Below, in pieces: positions 1 to 14,000 of a stretch of 64,000 bases of DNA; position 1 is the stretch's first letter, and each line of letters begins with the position of its first letter. Made by a program: the position numbers and the translations under genes. The notes under the pieces are model-generated. The model made no database searches. It saw only the letters and a list, made by a program, of their open reading frames with translations, and was not told where the DNA came from. Source of the DNA: Heterodontus francisci (Eukaryota); assembly GCF_036365525.1 (NCBI RefSeq), contig NW_027141237.1, positions 744,001 to 808,000 of the forward strand. Reading direction: 5' to 3'.

Positions 1-539
1 AGATCACATATTAAATCAATTCGCTAATGCATCCAGTCCAGGAGTTTGCATTGTTTATGTGTGGAGAATTGATAGGTAAGTGTAGGTCATAGCTGAAATG
101 TAAAGAAGAAGTAACTACTAACATAAACTCGATCAAGTAATTGCTCAAATAACGTAAATAACTTTAAAACTAAATACATGACCTTCAATTAACTAAATTA
201 AGGCTTGACAGGGGTGGTAGTGCAGGATTGGAACTACAGCATATGGCAGTCTGCAGACTACATCTCAATCCCAAACAACCACACCTGCTGCATGTGTTGT
301 TGAGCTGAAGTCTGAGGTGCAGGAATTTTTGGGGCATCAGGGAGGGGCAGAGTCCCCTGGACAAGGTGATCCAGAGGCTGTCACACAACTTATGAGACTT
401 GGCATTTGCCTTAATGCAAGAGATACAAGATTATTGCTGCCTGTACGGACGAGTGTAAATGCTGCACGGTGAATAAACAAACTGATCACGGCACCACGGC
501 CATTAAAGTGGCGGGTCTGAAAAGCATTGCGGTCGCGGT

Positions 540-1050
540 AGGGGACAGTATGGTCAGGAGATAGATACTGTTCTCTGTAACTCAGACCATGACTTCCAAA
601 GATTTTGTTACCTTCTTGATGCCAGGGTGAAGTATACCTTCTTGCTATTGGAGAGGAACTTGGAGTATGGTGGGGTAGAGATGGGTGATGATGATGTGGT
701 AAAGAATCCAGTTGTCTTGCTCCACCTATGAACCAACGCCGGGAAAACGAGGAATGACGTTCCGCTGAGAATGCTTTTTTGGAGTTTGGGGTCCATATGA
801 AAATGCAAAACCTCACAGGTAATAATCTCTGGGTTACTATTTCCTGAAATTGCTTTCAGGCAACAAGATTAGAAGTCTACATGCATGGCAGAATGAGCGG
901 TGTTGGTGGCAGGGGTTTTGATTCATGGAGCCCTGGCACCAGGTCGGGGAAGAGAGAGCTATTTTGTTGGAATTGGCATCACTTACACAGCCTGCTATCA
1001 GTATCCCAGTAAATCAAATAACTAGGGCTGTAGTTCGGTCATCAAATTAA
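540..1050 (+). mobile_element. Decayed CR1 ORF1 (GDSL/SGNH esterase-like) remnant
   Basis: GDSMVR-like start at 541; similar to the segment at 28200-28620. Confidence 0.45.
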
Positions 1051-2159
1051 TGAAAGGAGTGGTTGGGCGATTCAGGAAACGGTCAATTCAAAAGCAGTAA
1101 GAGAAAGGTTATGGCTGTAGAGCAGGACGATCTTTCGGGTAAAAATAAACAGAGTGGTTGAGAAAGGAATAGAGAAGAAAATGGAAAAGGGTGGGCTGGA
1201 GTAAAGACTGTCCCGGTATAAAATTAAAACACGACCTGGGCCAGACCCCACAACAGCCAACCCGAATTCGACCCAGGCCCGAGTCCTTTAATTTCTTTCC
1301 ATGCCCGACCTACCAGAAATATACTATTTAACAGGAAAAAAACATTGTAAATGAAAAAGAAAACAATACCAGCAGCTAATGGGAAGGGCAATTAGTATTG
1401 TAATTGGGAAATCTGCATCAACAGTGCTGTGTCACAGAGTCCCCAAACTCTCCTGGGGTTCCTAAGGTAGACAAGATAATTCAACAAACGTGAGGATGAG
1501 CCATGCACACTACTCTTGCAGACAGTTCAGGAACCCAGACATGTGCAATCAGAATGCATAACCAAAGTTTGTCTGTTTTAGATCCTCTGCTACTTACTTC
1601 TTCGTCTACAATATTGAGGAAGGAGGTACTTGAAGCAATTGTTGCATTCTGGTCCCTGTCCAATTTGACGAGACATAGAGGGAAATTTCTAGCTTACAAA
1701 CTTACGTAAATGACACAGGAAGGCTGGCTGGTCCATCAAGACCACACCAAGATGGCTGGTCCATCGTGGCTAAAGACTTCTTCCCCCTCCCTAAATCGCA
1801 TATAAATCTACTAGGAGTGGCAAAAAACATAAAAACCCTGGGTCAATGTAAATTTCTTCTCCAATGCCCTGCTGCCCGGGCAGTGGAACACCTGTCCAGG
1901 CGATGACATGGACCACATGTTACCTATGAAGAAACTTACCTTCTATACCTTTCTCTCTGAAATGTTACTTGTCTGCTACTGTGAAACAATCAGTTGGCAA
2001 GTAATGGGGCAAAAATTGCTTTTGAAAATCAATGATACTTCTGTAGCCATTGCTTGAAATTATTTATATTTGATGGGAAAATAATGCATTAATAATGCTA
2101 CGCTGTTTAATGCCTTCAAAATGTTTTTGACATGAACCGACGTTTGTAGAAATACCCAA

Positions 2160-2494
2160 GCGGCACAGTGGCGCAGTGGTTCGCACCGCAGCCTCACAGC
2201 TCCAGCGACCCGGTTTCAATTCTGGGTGCTGCTTGTGTGGAGTTTGCAAGTTCTCCCTGTGTCTGCGTGGATTTTTTCCGGGTGCTCCGGTTTCCTCCCA
2301 CAAGCCAAGACTTGTAGTTAGGTAGGTAAATTGGCCATTATAAATTGCCCCTAGTATAGGTAGGTGGTAGGGAAAATATAGGGACAGGTGGGGATGTGGT
2401 AGGAGTGTAGGATTAGTATCAATGGGTGGTTGATGGTCGGCACAGATTCGGTAGGCCGAAGGGCCTGTTTCAGTGCTGTATCTCTAAACTAAAC
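2160..2494 (+). mobile_element. HE1-type (V-SINE) tRNA-derived SINE
   Basis: tRNA-like head with A/B boxes, V-domain gagtttgcaagttctccctgtg, and CR1-type tail gggcctgtttcagtgctgtatctctaaa. Confidence 0.85.
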
Positions 2495-3337
2495 CCAGTT
2501 CTCTATTGATCCTATGGAACAGAACACCAGCCCTTTGAGATCAGAGATATACTGGAACACAAGCTATTAAGTTGACTAATAGCACAGTGGTTAACACTGC
2601 AATAGCAGATTAATATGCTCATATGTTTTAATTCATTACTATGGAAGATTTAGAATTTATACTTGGATGGCTCGTGGTTATTATTCACCGCCTCCCCTCT
2701 CCACCACCCCCCCACGATCCACATATATGAAGATAAAAACAGTGTGCACAATGGCAATTAACGTCTAGACTAGATACAATAAATGTTGGTTCTTTGCATT
2801 TTCATTTTTAATGTTTGCATTTGAAACACTGCATTATCAAAACTAGGATAATCTGAGTATCAGTCAGAATCTCACACATTCAATAATGACAATTAACTAA
2901 GTTGGCTCCTGCGTTTTGGCTTATCTCATAAGTCCTAGTAGATCATGCGCACAAGATCCATTGATGTGGTCAATGGCACTCACTTTCAACCATAATTTTG
3001 GAGCTTTCATAATGTACATCTACAGCTACAGCTACAGCATGACTTTCTGCAAAAACAATCCCATCATGGAATTCCAGGGTAGATGTTTATTTCTCTTTCA
3101 ATAACCGGGCAGATCTACTTCTTTTTTTTTTAAAGTTAAGACAAATCATCAACATGCTTACAACCAAGGTGGTTGGAGAAGGGCACTGCAGCTATTATTC
3201 CAAGTGTGCACTTGCAAAGTTGAAACAAACAAGTTCATAAATTATATTTTAAGCATGTGTTATGTATAAAATGAGACTTTAGTATTCCTTTACAGCTTAA
3301 TTTTAATTCGCATAACTGTTACTCAAATCATAGAATT

Positions 3338-3664
3338 GGGTGGCACAGTAGCACAGTGGTTAACACTGCAACCTCATATATCCAGCGACCCGGCTTCAGT
3401 CCTCAGTACTGCGTGTGCGGAGTTTGCAAGTTCTCCCTGTGATGGCGTGGGCTTTTGACGGGTGCTCTGGTTTCCTCCCACAGCCAAAAACTTACAGGTT
3501 GATAAGTAAATTGGCCATTGTAAATTGCCCCTAATGTAGGTAACTGGTGGGGATGTGGCCGGGAATATGGGATTAATGTAGTATTAGTATAAATGGGTGG
3601 TTGTTGGTCAGCACAGACTCGGTGGGCCGAAGGGCCTATTTCAGTGCTGTATCTCTAAATAAAT
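3338..3664 (+). mobile_element. HE1-type SINE
   Basis: High similarity to 2160-2494. Confidence 0.85.
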
Positions 3665-4099
3665 ATACATTTCAAACCACTTTGGCAACCACCACAACTG
3701 AAATATGAATGGACTTTACCATCTACTCCTGGGTTTCCTTTGGGCAGAGAATTAAGTCTTTAATTTGTGTTATTGAATGTCATACTCTAAAGTCATTTTA
3801 AATACAATTGTCTGAGAAATGCAATTCACAAAGATTTCCAGACTTAAAACCAGTCTGGAAAAATATATATATAACTATAGTACCAGGGGTTTTAGAATGG
3901 TCATCGCGGATTAGAGGGCGACAAATGTTAACCCACTATTCAAAAAACGAGGGAGAGAGAAATCAGGGAACGATAATCCAGTTGGCCTGACATTAGCAGT
4001 AGGGAAATGCTAGAATCTATTATTAAGGATATAGTAACAGGGAACTCGGAAAATCATAACATGATTGGTTAGAGTCAACAGGGAGTTATCAAAGAGAAA

Positions 4100-4903
4100 T
4101 TAGAATTAGAACATTACAGCGCAGTACAGGCCCTTCGGCCCTCGATGTTACGCTGACCTGTGAAACCATCTGACCTACACTATTCCATTTTCATCCATAT
4201 GTCTATCCAATGACCACTTAAATGCCCTTAAATTTGGCGAGTCTACTACTGTTGCAGGCAGGGCGTTCCACGCCCCTACTACTCTCTGAGTAAAGAAACT
4301 ACCTCTGACATCTGTCCTATATCTATCACCCCTCAACTTAAAGCTATGTTCCCTCGTGTTTGCCATCACCATCCGAGGAAAAAGACTCTCACTATCCACC
4401 CTATCTAACCCTCTGATTATCTTGTATGTCTCTATTAAGTCACCTCTCCTCCTCTTTCTCTCCAACGAAAACAACCTCAAGTCCCTCAGCCATTCCTCGT
4501 AAGACCTTCCCTCCATACCAGGTAACATCCTAGTAAATCACCTCTGCACCCTTTCCAAAGCTTCCACATCCTTCCTATAATGCGGTGACCAGAACTGCAT
4601 GCAATACTCCAGGTGCAGTCTCACCAGAGATTTGTACAGCTGCAGGATGACCTCGTGACTCCGAAACTCGATCCCCCTACTATTAAAAGCTAGCACACCA
4701 TATGCCTTCTTAACAGCCCTATTAACCTGGATAGCAACTTTCAGGGATTTATGTACCTGGACACCAAGATCTCTCTGTTCATCTACACTACCAAGAATGT
4801 TCCCATTAGCCCAGTACTCTGCATTCCTGTTATTCCTTCCAAAGTGAATCACCTCACACTTTTCCGCATTAAACTCCATTTGCCATCTCTCAGCCCAGCT
4901 CTG
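4100..4903 (-). mobile_element. Young CR1 LINE 3' fragment
   Basis: ORF2 C-terminus WAERWQMEFNAEKCEVIHFG..LEYCMQFWSP..RRRGDLIETYKI..FFTQRVV and a TTCTAAT-type tail. Confidence 0.92.
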
Positions 4904-5737
4904 CTGATGTGTTGGACATATCAGTTCCGGTTTATTAAGTTCTGACAAGACGAACTGATAAGTGGGCTGTGGATATTGTTTAGTTCTATTTTCAAAAAGA
5001 TTTCGATAACGTGAAACACAAAACCTTATAACACAAAATTAGGGCCCACGGAATTCGGAGCAAAATATTACTGTGGATTGAGAATTAGTTGACGTACAGA
5101 AAGTTAAGAGTAGAAATAAATAGGTCTTTTTGGGTTGCCAGGCCGTAACTAGTAGTGTACCGTAAAGATCATTGCTTGGTCCTCAGCTATTTTAAATCTA
5201 TATCTTTGACATATGTGAGGGAACCATGAGTATGGTACCAATATTGCAGATGATACGAAGTTGGGAAAGTAAGCTATGAGAAAGAAGCAAAGAAGAAAAT
5301 ACTAATAACCAGATTATGTGAATGGGCAAGAACGTGACAGATGGAAAATAATGTGAAGTCATTCACTTCGGTTGAAACAATAGAAAAGGAGGTAATTTTA
5401 AGCCACTGCGACATTCTGCTATTGACAGGACGCAGGCTGTCCCTGTACACCAGGATTGTCCAGCATATGGCCCATGGGCCGGGATTCTGCGACACAAAGG
5501 TTTCCATCCGGCCCGTGGATGTATATCAGAGATGAGAGACTTCCAGACAGGCTTTTCAAGAGTAGGCTATTACAAAAACAAGTCAGAACCCATCGGAAAG
5601 CCCCGTAACTGTCGAAGTTGGGAAAGCACTGTTCCTGCTGTCAACTTATAAAAAGAACTGACCAAGCACAAACCCAGATAGTTTTTCCAGTTGCACTCTT
5701 AAGCTTCTGTGCTAAGCGCCCCCTCTCCCTGCAATTG

Positions 5738-6008
5738 TCAGAGAGAGAGAGAGAGAGATCGAGAGAGACAGGGGGAGAGAGAGAGGGGGCAAGAGAGAGG
5801 TAGAGAGGGTAGAGAAAGTGATGGGGGGAGAGAGCGGGTAAAGCGAGAGGGGAAATAGAGGGGGAGAAAGAGAAAGGTGGAGACAGAGGTGGTGGAGAGA
5901 GAATGGGAAGAGAGAGGAGGGAGAGAAAGAGGGCAGAGAGAGGGGGAGAGAAAGAGGTGGGAGGAGAGAGAGAGGGAGAGAGAGAGGTGGTGGAGAGGAG
6001 TGAGAGGG
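5738..6008. repeat. GA-rich simple repeat
   Basis: (GA)n/GGA-rich purine tract. Confidence 0.9.
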
Positions 6009-6170
6009 AACGCCCTGCCTGCAACAGTAGTAGACTCGCCAACTTTAAGGGCATTTAAGTGGTCATTGGATAGACATATGGATGAAAATGGAATAGTGTA
6101 GGTCAGATGGTCGGCGCAACATCGAGGGCCGAAGGGCCTGTACTGCGCTGTAATGTTCTAATGTTCTAAT
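6009..6170 (+). mobile_element. CR1 3' terminus, near-identical inverted copy of about 4105-4270
   Basis: Both encode NALPATVVDSP.LRAFKWSLDRHMDENGIV. Confidence 0.85.
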
Positions 6171-7149
6171 ATACTCTGGAGTATATCCAGTATACTCTGC
6201 ATCGCGACATCAAGCATGCAGACAAACATGGACTACTTGTGCAAGCAAAAAAATGTGCCAGGTGTCTCAGCAAATCAGTATCCAATATAGTGACGAGAAA
6301 GTAAATCTATGAATTAATATTCTCATTTAAAGCTTCTTCACAAAAGTACACATTTGTAGTTGCTTTGATTCTTAGTAAGATACGTTTTTAATGCCTTTAT
6401 CTTACCGAAATTGTCGCACCAGCCCCCGATGTAAAACAAAAATTGTAATGTGCCCCACGAGTAAACCCAACCCCCATCCCAGCCAACATAGAAAGGTTGG
6501 AATCACAGAAAGTTACCATGTAGGTACAGCAAGCATTTAGGAAGGCCAATGACACCTTAGCCTTTATTACAAATGGATTGGAATATGAGAGTAAAGAAGT
6601 CTAACAGCAAGTGTAAAGAGCTTTAGTGAGAGTACACCAAGGGTACTGTATACAGCTCTGATTTTCTTAGCGAAGGCAAGATCAAGGTGGCTTTGAGGGA
6701 GTGGATCAGATGTTCACTATACTGATTCTTGTGATGAGTGGAGTGACCTGTTAGGAGAGAATAGAAGGCCTCTATTTAAAAGATTTCATTGTAACATAAA
6801 ATGCTTAAGGGGCTTGCTAGTGTACATACTGGGAGGATGATTCTCCTGGCCAGTGAGTCTGGAACTTGGGGTTACAGTTTCAGAATAGGGGATCAGCCAT
6901 TTCAGAGTGAGCTGAGGTGAGAATTACTTTTCAGTATGAGTTGTGAAACTTTGCAACTCTCTATCCCAGATTCTCAGTCGTTGAGTATATTCAAGGCAGG
7001 GATCGACATATTTTTGAATGCTAGAGATAAAAGGATATGGGGGTAGTGCAGAATGGTGCAGTTGAGGCAAACGATCAGCCGATCTCAGTGAATGACCGAG
7101 CAGATTCGAAGGACCAAATGGTCGAGGCCTTCTCCTATTTCTTATGATC

Positions 7150-7405
7150 TTAGTAACAGATACTGGAAGCCATCGACAGGCTAGGATCTACTCGAGGGTA
7201 CAGGTGGATTATATACAGTGTGACAGATATCCCGGAGTGAATTACAGGCAGAAGTGTAATCTCAGAGTTGGAGTGGTTTATTTATAGAATAACGTATTTG
7301 CAGGAGTGAATTACAGGCCTAATACGCCGTTTCGGTGGTCATCTGTGGAATAACAAATACCCGGAAGTATGTTGTGAGATGGAATCTAATCGAACAGTTG
7401 GTGTG
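7150..7405. repeat. Degenerate minisatellite, about 60-70 bp unit, about 4 copies
   Basis: Recurring aacagata..ggagtgaattacaggc..aatctaatcga motifs. Confidence 0.5.
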
Positions 7406-7683
7406 TGTCATGTCAGCAATATTGCTTGCACAGAGTTATTGCGAGACGCTGAGATGCAGCGGTTGGCAATTTGAATATTGGTGGTTTCACAACAAAGAGC
7501 ACAACTAGAAATAGAGACTTGGCGTGCTTGTGAAAGCGAGTGTACCAGAGGGAAATGAAGCTGATTTGTTGCATGTTTTCTAAACTCGGCTTTCAGAATC
7601 CCTGACATATCTTTCATAAATCATTTTGAAGATTAATGTAGAAAGAGGATATTCCCTGAGATTTACACCGCGCATGTGGCACA

Positions 7684-7705
7684 TGACTCAGTGAAAAAGG
7701 AAGTC
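7684..7705 (+). promoter_or_regulatory. Candidate AP-1 + ETS/PU.1 element upstream of gene 1
   Basis: TGACTCA followed by AAAAGGAAGT about 300 bp before the ATG; motif match only. Confidence 0.35.
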
Positions 7706-8005
7706 AGAACTGCTTTCTCAGCACTTCGACTGCCAGAACAACAGTAGAAGGGGAATTGCAGGCACACTTCTGCATTTCAATCCCCCCTTGGCACATTTCC
7801 TCAATAGACGCTGTTGTATGTATGGGGGAGGTTTTGCGGCATTTAGAGGAGGCACCATCAGTTCACGGTCCATAGAGAGTGAACTGACATTGTACAAACT
7901 GGTTGACCGTCTGTCACCTCGGACACGTTGGTCATCTCCCCAGCCTGACCCCGTGATATCAAAATCAGGGGAAAGAGAACAAACTCTTGTCGGATTCTGA
8001 AATTC

Positions 8006-8054
8006 ATGAACTTCTTGGGAATTGGTTTCTTCGCCGTCCTGCAGTTTGCTGAAG
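8006..8054 (+). CDS. Gene 1 leader exon
   Basis: MNFLGIGFFAVLQFAE+G, hydrophobic, followed by phase-1 donor GTAAAT. Confidence 0.8.
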
Positions 8055-11000
8055 GTAAATTACTGATATTTTCTTCCGAAAAACCAACCGAGCAGAAGTA
8101 ATGGCGGGGGTGAGGGTGGTGGGGGTGGGGGTTGCGGGGGCAGTGGTACTATATCAACAGTCCGGTTACAGTTTCATGGTTGGGGTCATTTATCAATTCC
8201 CCGCCGTTTATTCGGTGGATTATGGGATGAAAGCCGGTGAAAACTCTCTGGCCTTTGGGAGAAAGTTGCTAGAGACTCTCTGTGCCGGATAGGGCCTCGC
8301 TATTCTCCCTCTCCCAGGTGTGTGTTTCCAAGGTGGATTAAACAACCGCCTCGGACGAATTTCCCGTTACTTTGTCGATAATCTTTACCCGATTTGGCTG
8401 CTTGTTAGACCGCAGTGAATAGTGTTTAATGTGTGTCAGAGGTGGCAGAGCTTGTCGATAGGGTTTAGGTGGAGGTTTTATTGACAGTAGCAATTATTCT
8501 TGTCATGCTTTGTAGGATCACCAATATCTGTCTTTTCCAAAACTCACTTGGAGCAAGAGCAAGTTAAAAATAGAACCCCAGGTCTGCGATGTGGGATAAG
8601 TCGTTTTAGACTGCACAGTTCCTGTGTAAATTCAAGTTGTTGTTAAAACCGCCATATTTCTTGAAAAATTACTTCCGAACCTTTTTGCACGGTGATTGTC
8701 CACCTTTTACTAACATGCATCCAGGATTCTTTTAACAGTTACATTTAACATAAAGACAAGGGCGGTCAAATTTCAACTTGCACCTCGACATAAAAGTGGC
8801 ACATTGGCCACCTGTGAAAGAAACCACAGGAATGGTATTTGTAATGGAAGTTAAAATCGGGCGAGTTGTACGCTCGATGCACAAGTCCAATTTTACACTG
8901 GAGTGACAAGTTTCTGTCCTTTAAAGCTTTTCATGGTTCAAATTTATTTCTTCAGCTGCTCTTGACAGAAAATGGTCTGTGCAGATGCCTCAAAGACTGT
9001 CGGTGTTGATTGGTTCCTGTGTGATAATTCCATGTAATTTTCATCATCCATTGGTTGGCAAGAATTGGATGTGGTTAAAGGGAGGGTCTAATCCCAATGA
9101 TCCAGGTGTCACCATCATCTACAATGCAAAAGATATACTATCGGTTGACGTTGCTTATCAAACTCGCAGTGGAATGATGTCATCTGAAAATCCAAATGAT
9201 TGCTCCTTGTGGATATCTGCCATCAGGAATGAAGATCAAGGTGAATATTACATCACAGCAACAGTTGATGGAAAAAGAAGTCCCACTGACCCAGTGTTTC
9301 TTTCCGTTGTTGGTGAGTGTTCATTTCTCACGTTTTATTCGGTGATGTTTTCCAATTGAGAAAGTGTAATTTTCAAGATTCGTGCGCCAGTAGCAGGGCC
9401 GCTATGTATTTCCCGTTTCTACCTATGCATTGATACTGGTAGGCTTTCTTCCACACTTGCTACAAGATATTGTTTTATGAATCTGAATTCTCTAAATTTC
9501 ATTCTGAATTACTAATCCTATAACAAAGATACGACACTACCGCGTGCACTTATTTTCATTCGTTCAGGGAATGTGGGCGTCGCTGGCCAGGCCAGCATTT
9601 ATTATCCATCCCTAAGTGCCCTTGAGAAGGTTGTGGTGAGCTGCCTTCTTGAACCGCTGCAGTCCGTGTGGTGTAGGTACATCCACAGTGCTGTTCGGAA
9701 GGGAGTTCCAGGATTTTGATACAGGGGCAGTGAAGGAACGGTGATATAGTTCCAAGTCAGGATGGTGTGTGGCTTGAAGGGGAACTTGCAGGTGGTGGTG
9801 TTCCCCTGCATCTGCTGCTCTTGTCCTTCCAGGTGGCAGAGGTCACGGGTATGGATGGTGCTGACTAAGAAGACTTGGCGAGTTGATTTAAGTGGCTTCT
9901 GCTCACCAAATCAAAGCTTGGTTAGATTGGACAGCAGCGAGAATAAAAAAGAGACTATAACTAATAAAGAAAATAGCAATTGATAGACGTTCAGTTCACA
10001 TGATATAGCTATTGTAGTGCTGCTACACTTAACGCTCAGACTTTAGATATGCAAAATCGCAATTATACTGACTACGATATAACCACTCTCACCATTTAAG
10101 GTTTTCAATTCGAATCATTTCAAAGCTTGAGAATAAGGGTTTAATTGATTCTGTTGCCCCGAATTCCAACAACGTGGCAGTAAGCAGTTAGGAGGATTGG
10201 CCTTCTCATCTGATGGCGGATGTCTATGTTGTGCAAAGCAATACGTTCGATTTCAGTCACAAAGTGTTAACGAGAAATATTGCCGATCAGTTGTAGCAAT
10301 GATGAGACACAGATTAGTTGGTTCTCTTCACCAACACAGCTATGTGTGCATCCAAGCTAAAATGCGAATCGCCTAAATTGAAATTAGATCGCCATTCCAT
10401 TACTGTCACTGGGTTAAATACCTGTAACTCCCCCCGAACAGTACTGTAGGTGTATCTACACCACATGGACTGTAGCGGTTCAAGAAGGCAGCTCATAACC
10501 ACTTTTGTAAGGGCAATTGGGGATGAACAACCAATGCTGGCCTAGCCAACGATACTCACATCACATGAGAATACAAAAAATGCAATAATTTCCCTCTGTC
10601 ATCGCACCAACCGAGTGATCTTCACAATTTAGCTCAAGTTAAGGCAGCTTTGTGAGGTGAGTCCCTCCAATGTAAAAAGGACTCAAATAGCCTTCCTACA
10701 TTTCACTTATAGCTGCGGAAGGATGGAGTCTTTCCCCCCCCCCCCCTGAGGTTCCGGGGGTTCGAATGGGCTTGAAGGGTGGACTGGCCTAATAACATTC
10801 TTATGTCTCTCTGTTAATCCTTACACTGAATTAATCATCATTTTGAATTCATTGCACTACGACCTCACCCAATCCCCAGGAATGAAGTCAACAAAATATT
10901 GGAGATGTGATATTCCAATGGCGGTATTGTGTGGGTGAGTTTAGAAAGAGAACAGTAAGAGTTGCTGCCACAGCCATGTTGTCACTAAGTTCAGAAACAT

Positions 11001-14000
11001 TGCAGTAACATTACTTCTGATTATCGTGTGTCCATGACCTTCCAAGCAAAGCAGAAATAAAAACAGAAAGTGCTGGAAAATTCCAGCAGGTCTGGCAGCA
11101 TCTGTGGAGAGAGAAGCAGAGTTAACGTTACAGGTCAGTGACCCTTCTTCAGCACTCAGAGTTCTCCCGCTGCAGATTCTGCCAGCCCTGCTCAGTTTTT
11201 CCAACCCTTTCTGTTTTGATTTCAGATTTCCAGAATCCGCAGTATTTTGCATTTCTTTATGCAAAGCAGAACGTTTTCCTCGAGTAACTGCGCCTAAGGT
11301 TGGCACAATATCTTGTTTAGGATTTTTGGTGGGAGTAGAAATCTGCAGCACGCGCCCCACCCCCACTCCAATACACTACCCCTCCCCCTCCCATCCCCAT
11401 GCCCCATCCCCTCCTCCGACACACGCACACACAATCCTTGCTCATTGATAAAGTGGATCAAGGCGCTATTTCCCCACATGTCCTATTCATTATTATAGAT
11501 TAGTACAATTCCATGAAAAGAAACGGTAACATGTATTTTACTTCTCATCTTTTAGAGAAGCCCAATATATCAGTATCAGAACAAATCACTGCTGGAAATT
11601 TAGTGACTGTAACATGCTCACTCGTTCAGAGCTGTCCTGATGCCAAAATTGATTTAAAGTGGATTAACGGCACCAATTTTGGCGCTGCACTTTCGGACAG
11701 TAAATCGAAAGACATCGACACGGGTTTTGATCATCCGGATTGGAAAGGATCACAGGAAGTTTCCGCTGTGCTGACATTCACAGCCTTGCGTCACCATGAC
11801 GGGAAAATGCTTGGCTGTGAGATTCTGTTGAACGAACACTCACACGGGATTCGGCAAATGGTTACTTTGGACATTCAGTGTAAGTATTGGCTGTCTGCTT
11901 GGACGGTGAAAGGCATTTCAGCTTGGGAATGCAAGTACTTTAGCAGGACATTGAAATTCATCCGCTGCATCTGTAGGCAGGAGGAAATAAATAGGAACAA
12001 AATAATCTTATTATTGAAAATGCAGCTGCTTGCCCTTCCCTGTACTTTGTGTCATTTGGAGCTGTATTCAGGATTCTGCAACCTGACACTAATATATGTG
12101 GAGTGCCAATTGCAGTCAGCAGATAGCAATTGCATTACCAGCTGAGTTTTCCTGCCAAGTCCACTAAGAATAACGACAAAGGAGCTCTATGAGTAAGTAT
12201 TCCGATGGATTAATTCAGATGATGATAAGTGCCTAGTGAGAGCAGGAAAAATATGCTTCTCCAACACTGGCTGCAGTCTACAACATAATGGAAGAGCTAG
12301 CAGTTTAGCGGCAAATAGTTTAGCACATTGCCTTCAAGGAAACTAACAAAGGCAACATAGCCATAGGCAGCCAAACATGAGTGTTGAAAACGGCAGCCAT
12401 GGATGGAGCAGTTGCTTGCAAGCAGTAGTTGATGGTATCATCATGTTATTACCAGAACATTCGTTCCTGTTATTGCAATCAAACTGGCAGGTTCTACTAC
12501 TCACTAGCACTGTTTGAGAATAGGCATACTTCCAGATTGTTAGGTGCCCTTACCCTGTTGCTAAATTTGAAACAGATAGAATCTAATATTCTATGGCTAT
12601 ATTGTATTCGATCTGCTAACTTTTTTTTAAGGATGCAACAGAGTTGCGGGAAGAAAGAAAGGAGAGAAGGAGGAAAGTAATAATGATGAACGCAAACTGA
12701 ATAAACAGTTTGCATTTACATACCACTTTCTGAAGCTTTACAGGACAATATTGAAGTGCCGCACCTATAATGAGTTAAAATGGAAAGAAGATTTATTCTG
12801 TTTCTTAGCGCTGCGTAATATGCAATACAATCTTAGTTTGACATCCATTGCAGGTTAACTTGTAATTCAAGGTTCACAAACTATCAGAGTCCTTCAACTT
12901 TCAGACTAAAGATGCTTGAGTATTCTGATTTCAGAGTTTGAAAGCTCGCTTCTCTGACCTCTGCTCACATTTAGGAGAAAACTAAGGACATAAGAAAGAA
13001 GAGCCATATTGCCCTTCGAACCTACTCCGTCATTTAATCAAGTCATTGATGAACTTCTAAATCAAATCCACTTTCCCGCCTTATCTCAATAACCCTTGTG
13101 TCACATTGAGTCAAATCTCTATCGATTTCAGTCTTGAATATATTCAATGACTGAGCCTTCACAGCCCTTGAGGATAGAGAATTCTTAGGAGTCATAACCC
13201 TTTGAGTGAAGAAATCTCCCCTCATCTCATTCCTAAATGGCCGGTCCCTTATATTGATGCTATGCTGCCCAGTTCTAGACATTCCAGCCAGGCGAAACAA
13301 CCTCTCAGCTTCTGCCGTGTCAAGTCATGTAAGAATTGTATACGTTTCACCAAGAACACTTCCTATTTTTCTTAACTCGAGAATATAGGCTCATTCTTAA
13401 TTTACTCACTCTTTCATCACTGGACAGCCTCTCACCCCAGGAACCAATCCACTGAACCTTTGTTGCACCCCATCTAAGGCACATATATGCAGTACAGTAG
13501 ATGCGACCTCACCAAAACCCTAGATCATTATCAGAAGACTTCATTGCTCTTATGCGGCCACCCCTTGCAATATAGACTAATGCAAAATTTTCCTTCCTAA
13601 CTGTTTGTTGTACCTGCATTGTAATTTCCTGTGATTCGTGTACAAAGACACCAAATCACTTTGAATCCCAACAGTTCCTCGTCTCTCACCTATAAAAAAA
13701 AGATTTATTTTTCCATTCTTCCTACCAAAGTAGAAATTTTCTCACTACTTCATTTATTGCTGAATATCACGCGGCAGCTAATGACAGCTTTAAAAAATGT
13801 GTTCATCAAAGCAGTGCAAATGAACGTGCCCATAACCGTCCAAATATATGAACCTTGATCTGCTACACTCCTCTTTTGCAGATCCACCAACGGAGCCTGT
13901 ACCCACTTCGACATCTGTGATATTGTTGGGTAGATCTGCATTCATTCGCTGTTCAACAAACAGTAACCCCGAGTCCTGGTTAGAATTGGTAAAGCACGGT

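Larger units (their letters stand above)
3870..7150 (+). mobile_element. Older fragmented CR1 ORF2 (pieces at about 3870-4100, 4935-5400 and 6510-7150) with nested inserts
   Basis: Collinear decayed CR1 RT and C-terminal segments either side of the inserts. Confidence 0.65.

Noticed and set aside
2160-2235. tRNA gene
   Set aside because: It is the tRNA-derived head of a multi-copy SINE.
5618-6101. ORFs of 61-137 aa with E/R/G- or S/P/L-rich sequence
   Set aside because: Translations of the GA simple repeat plus a CR1 tail.
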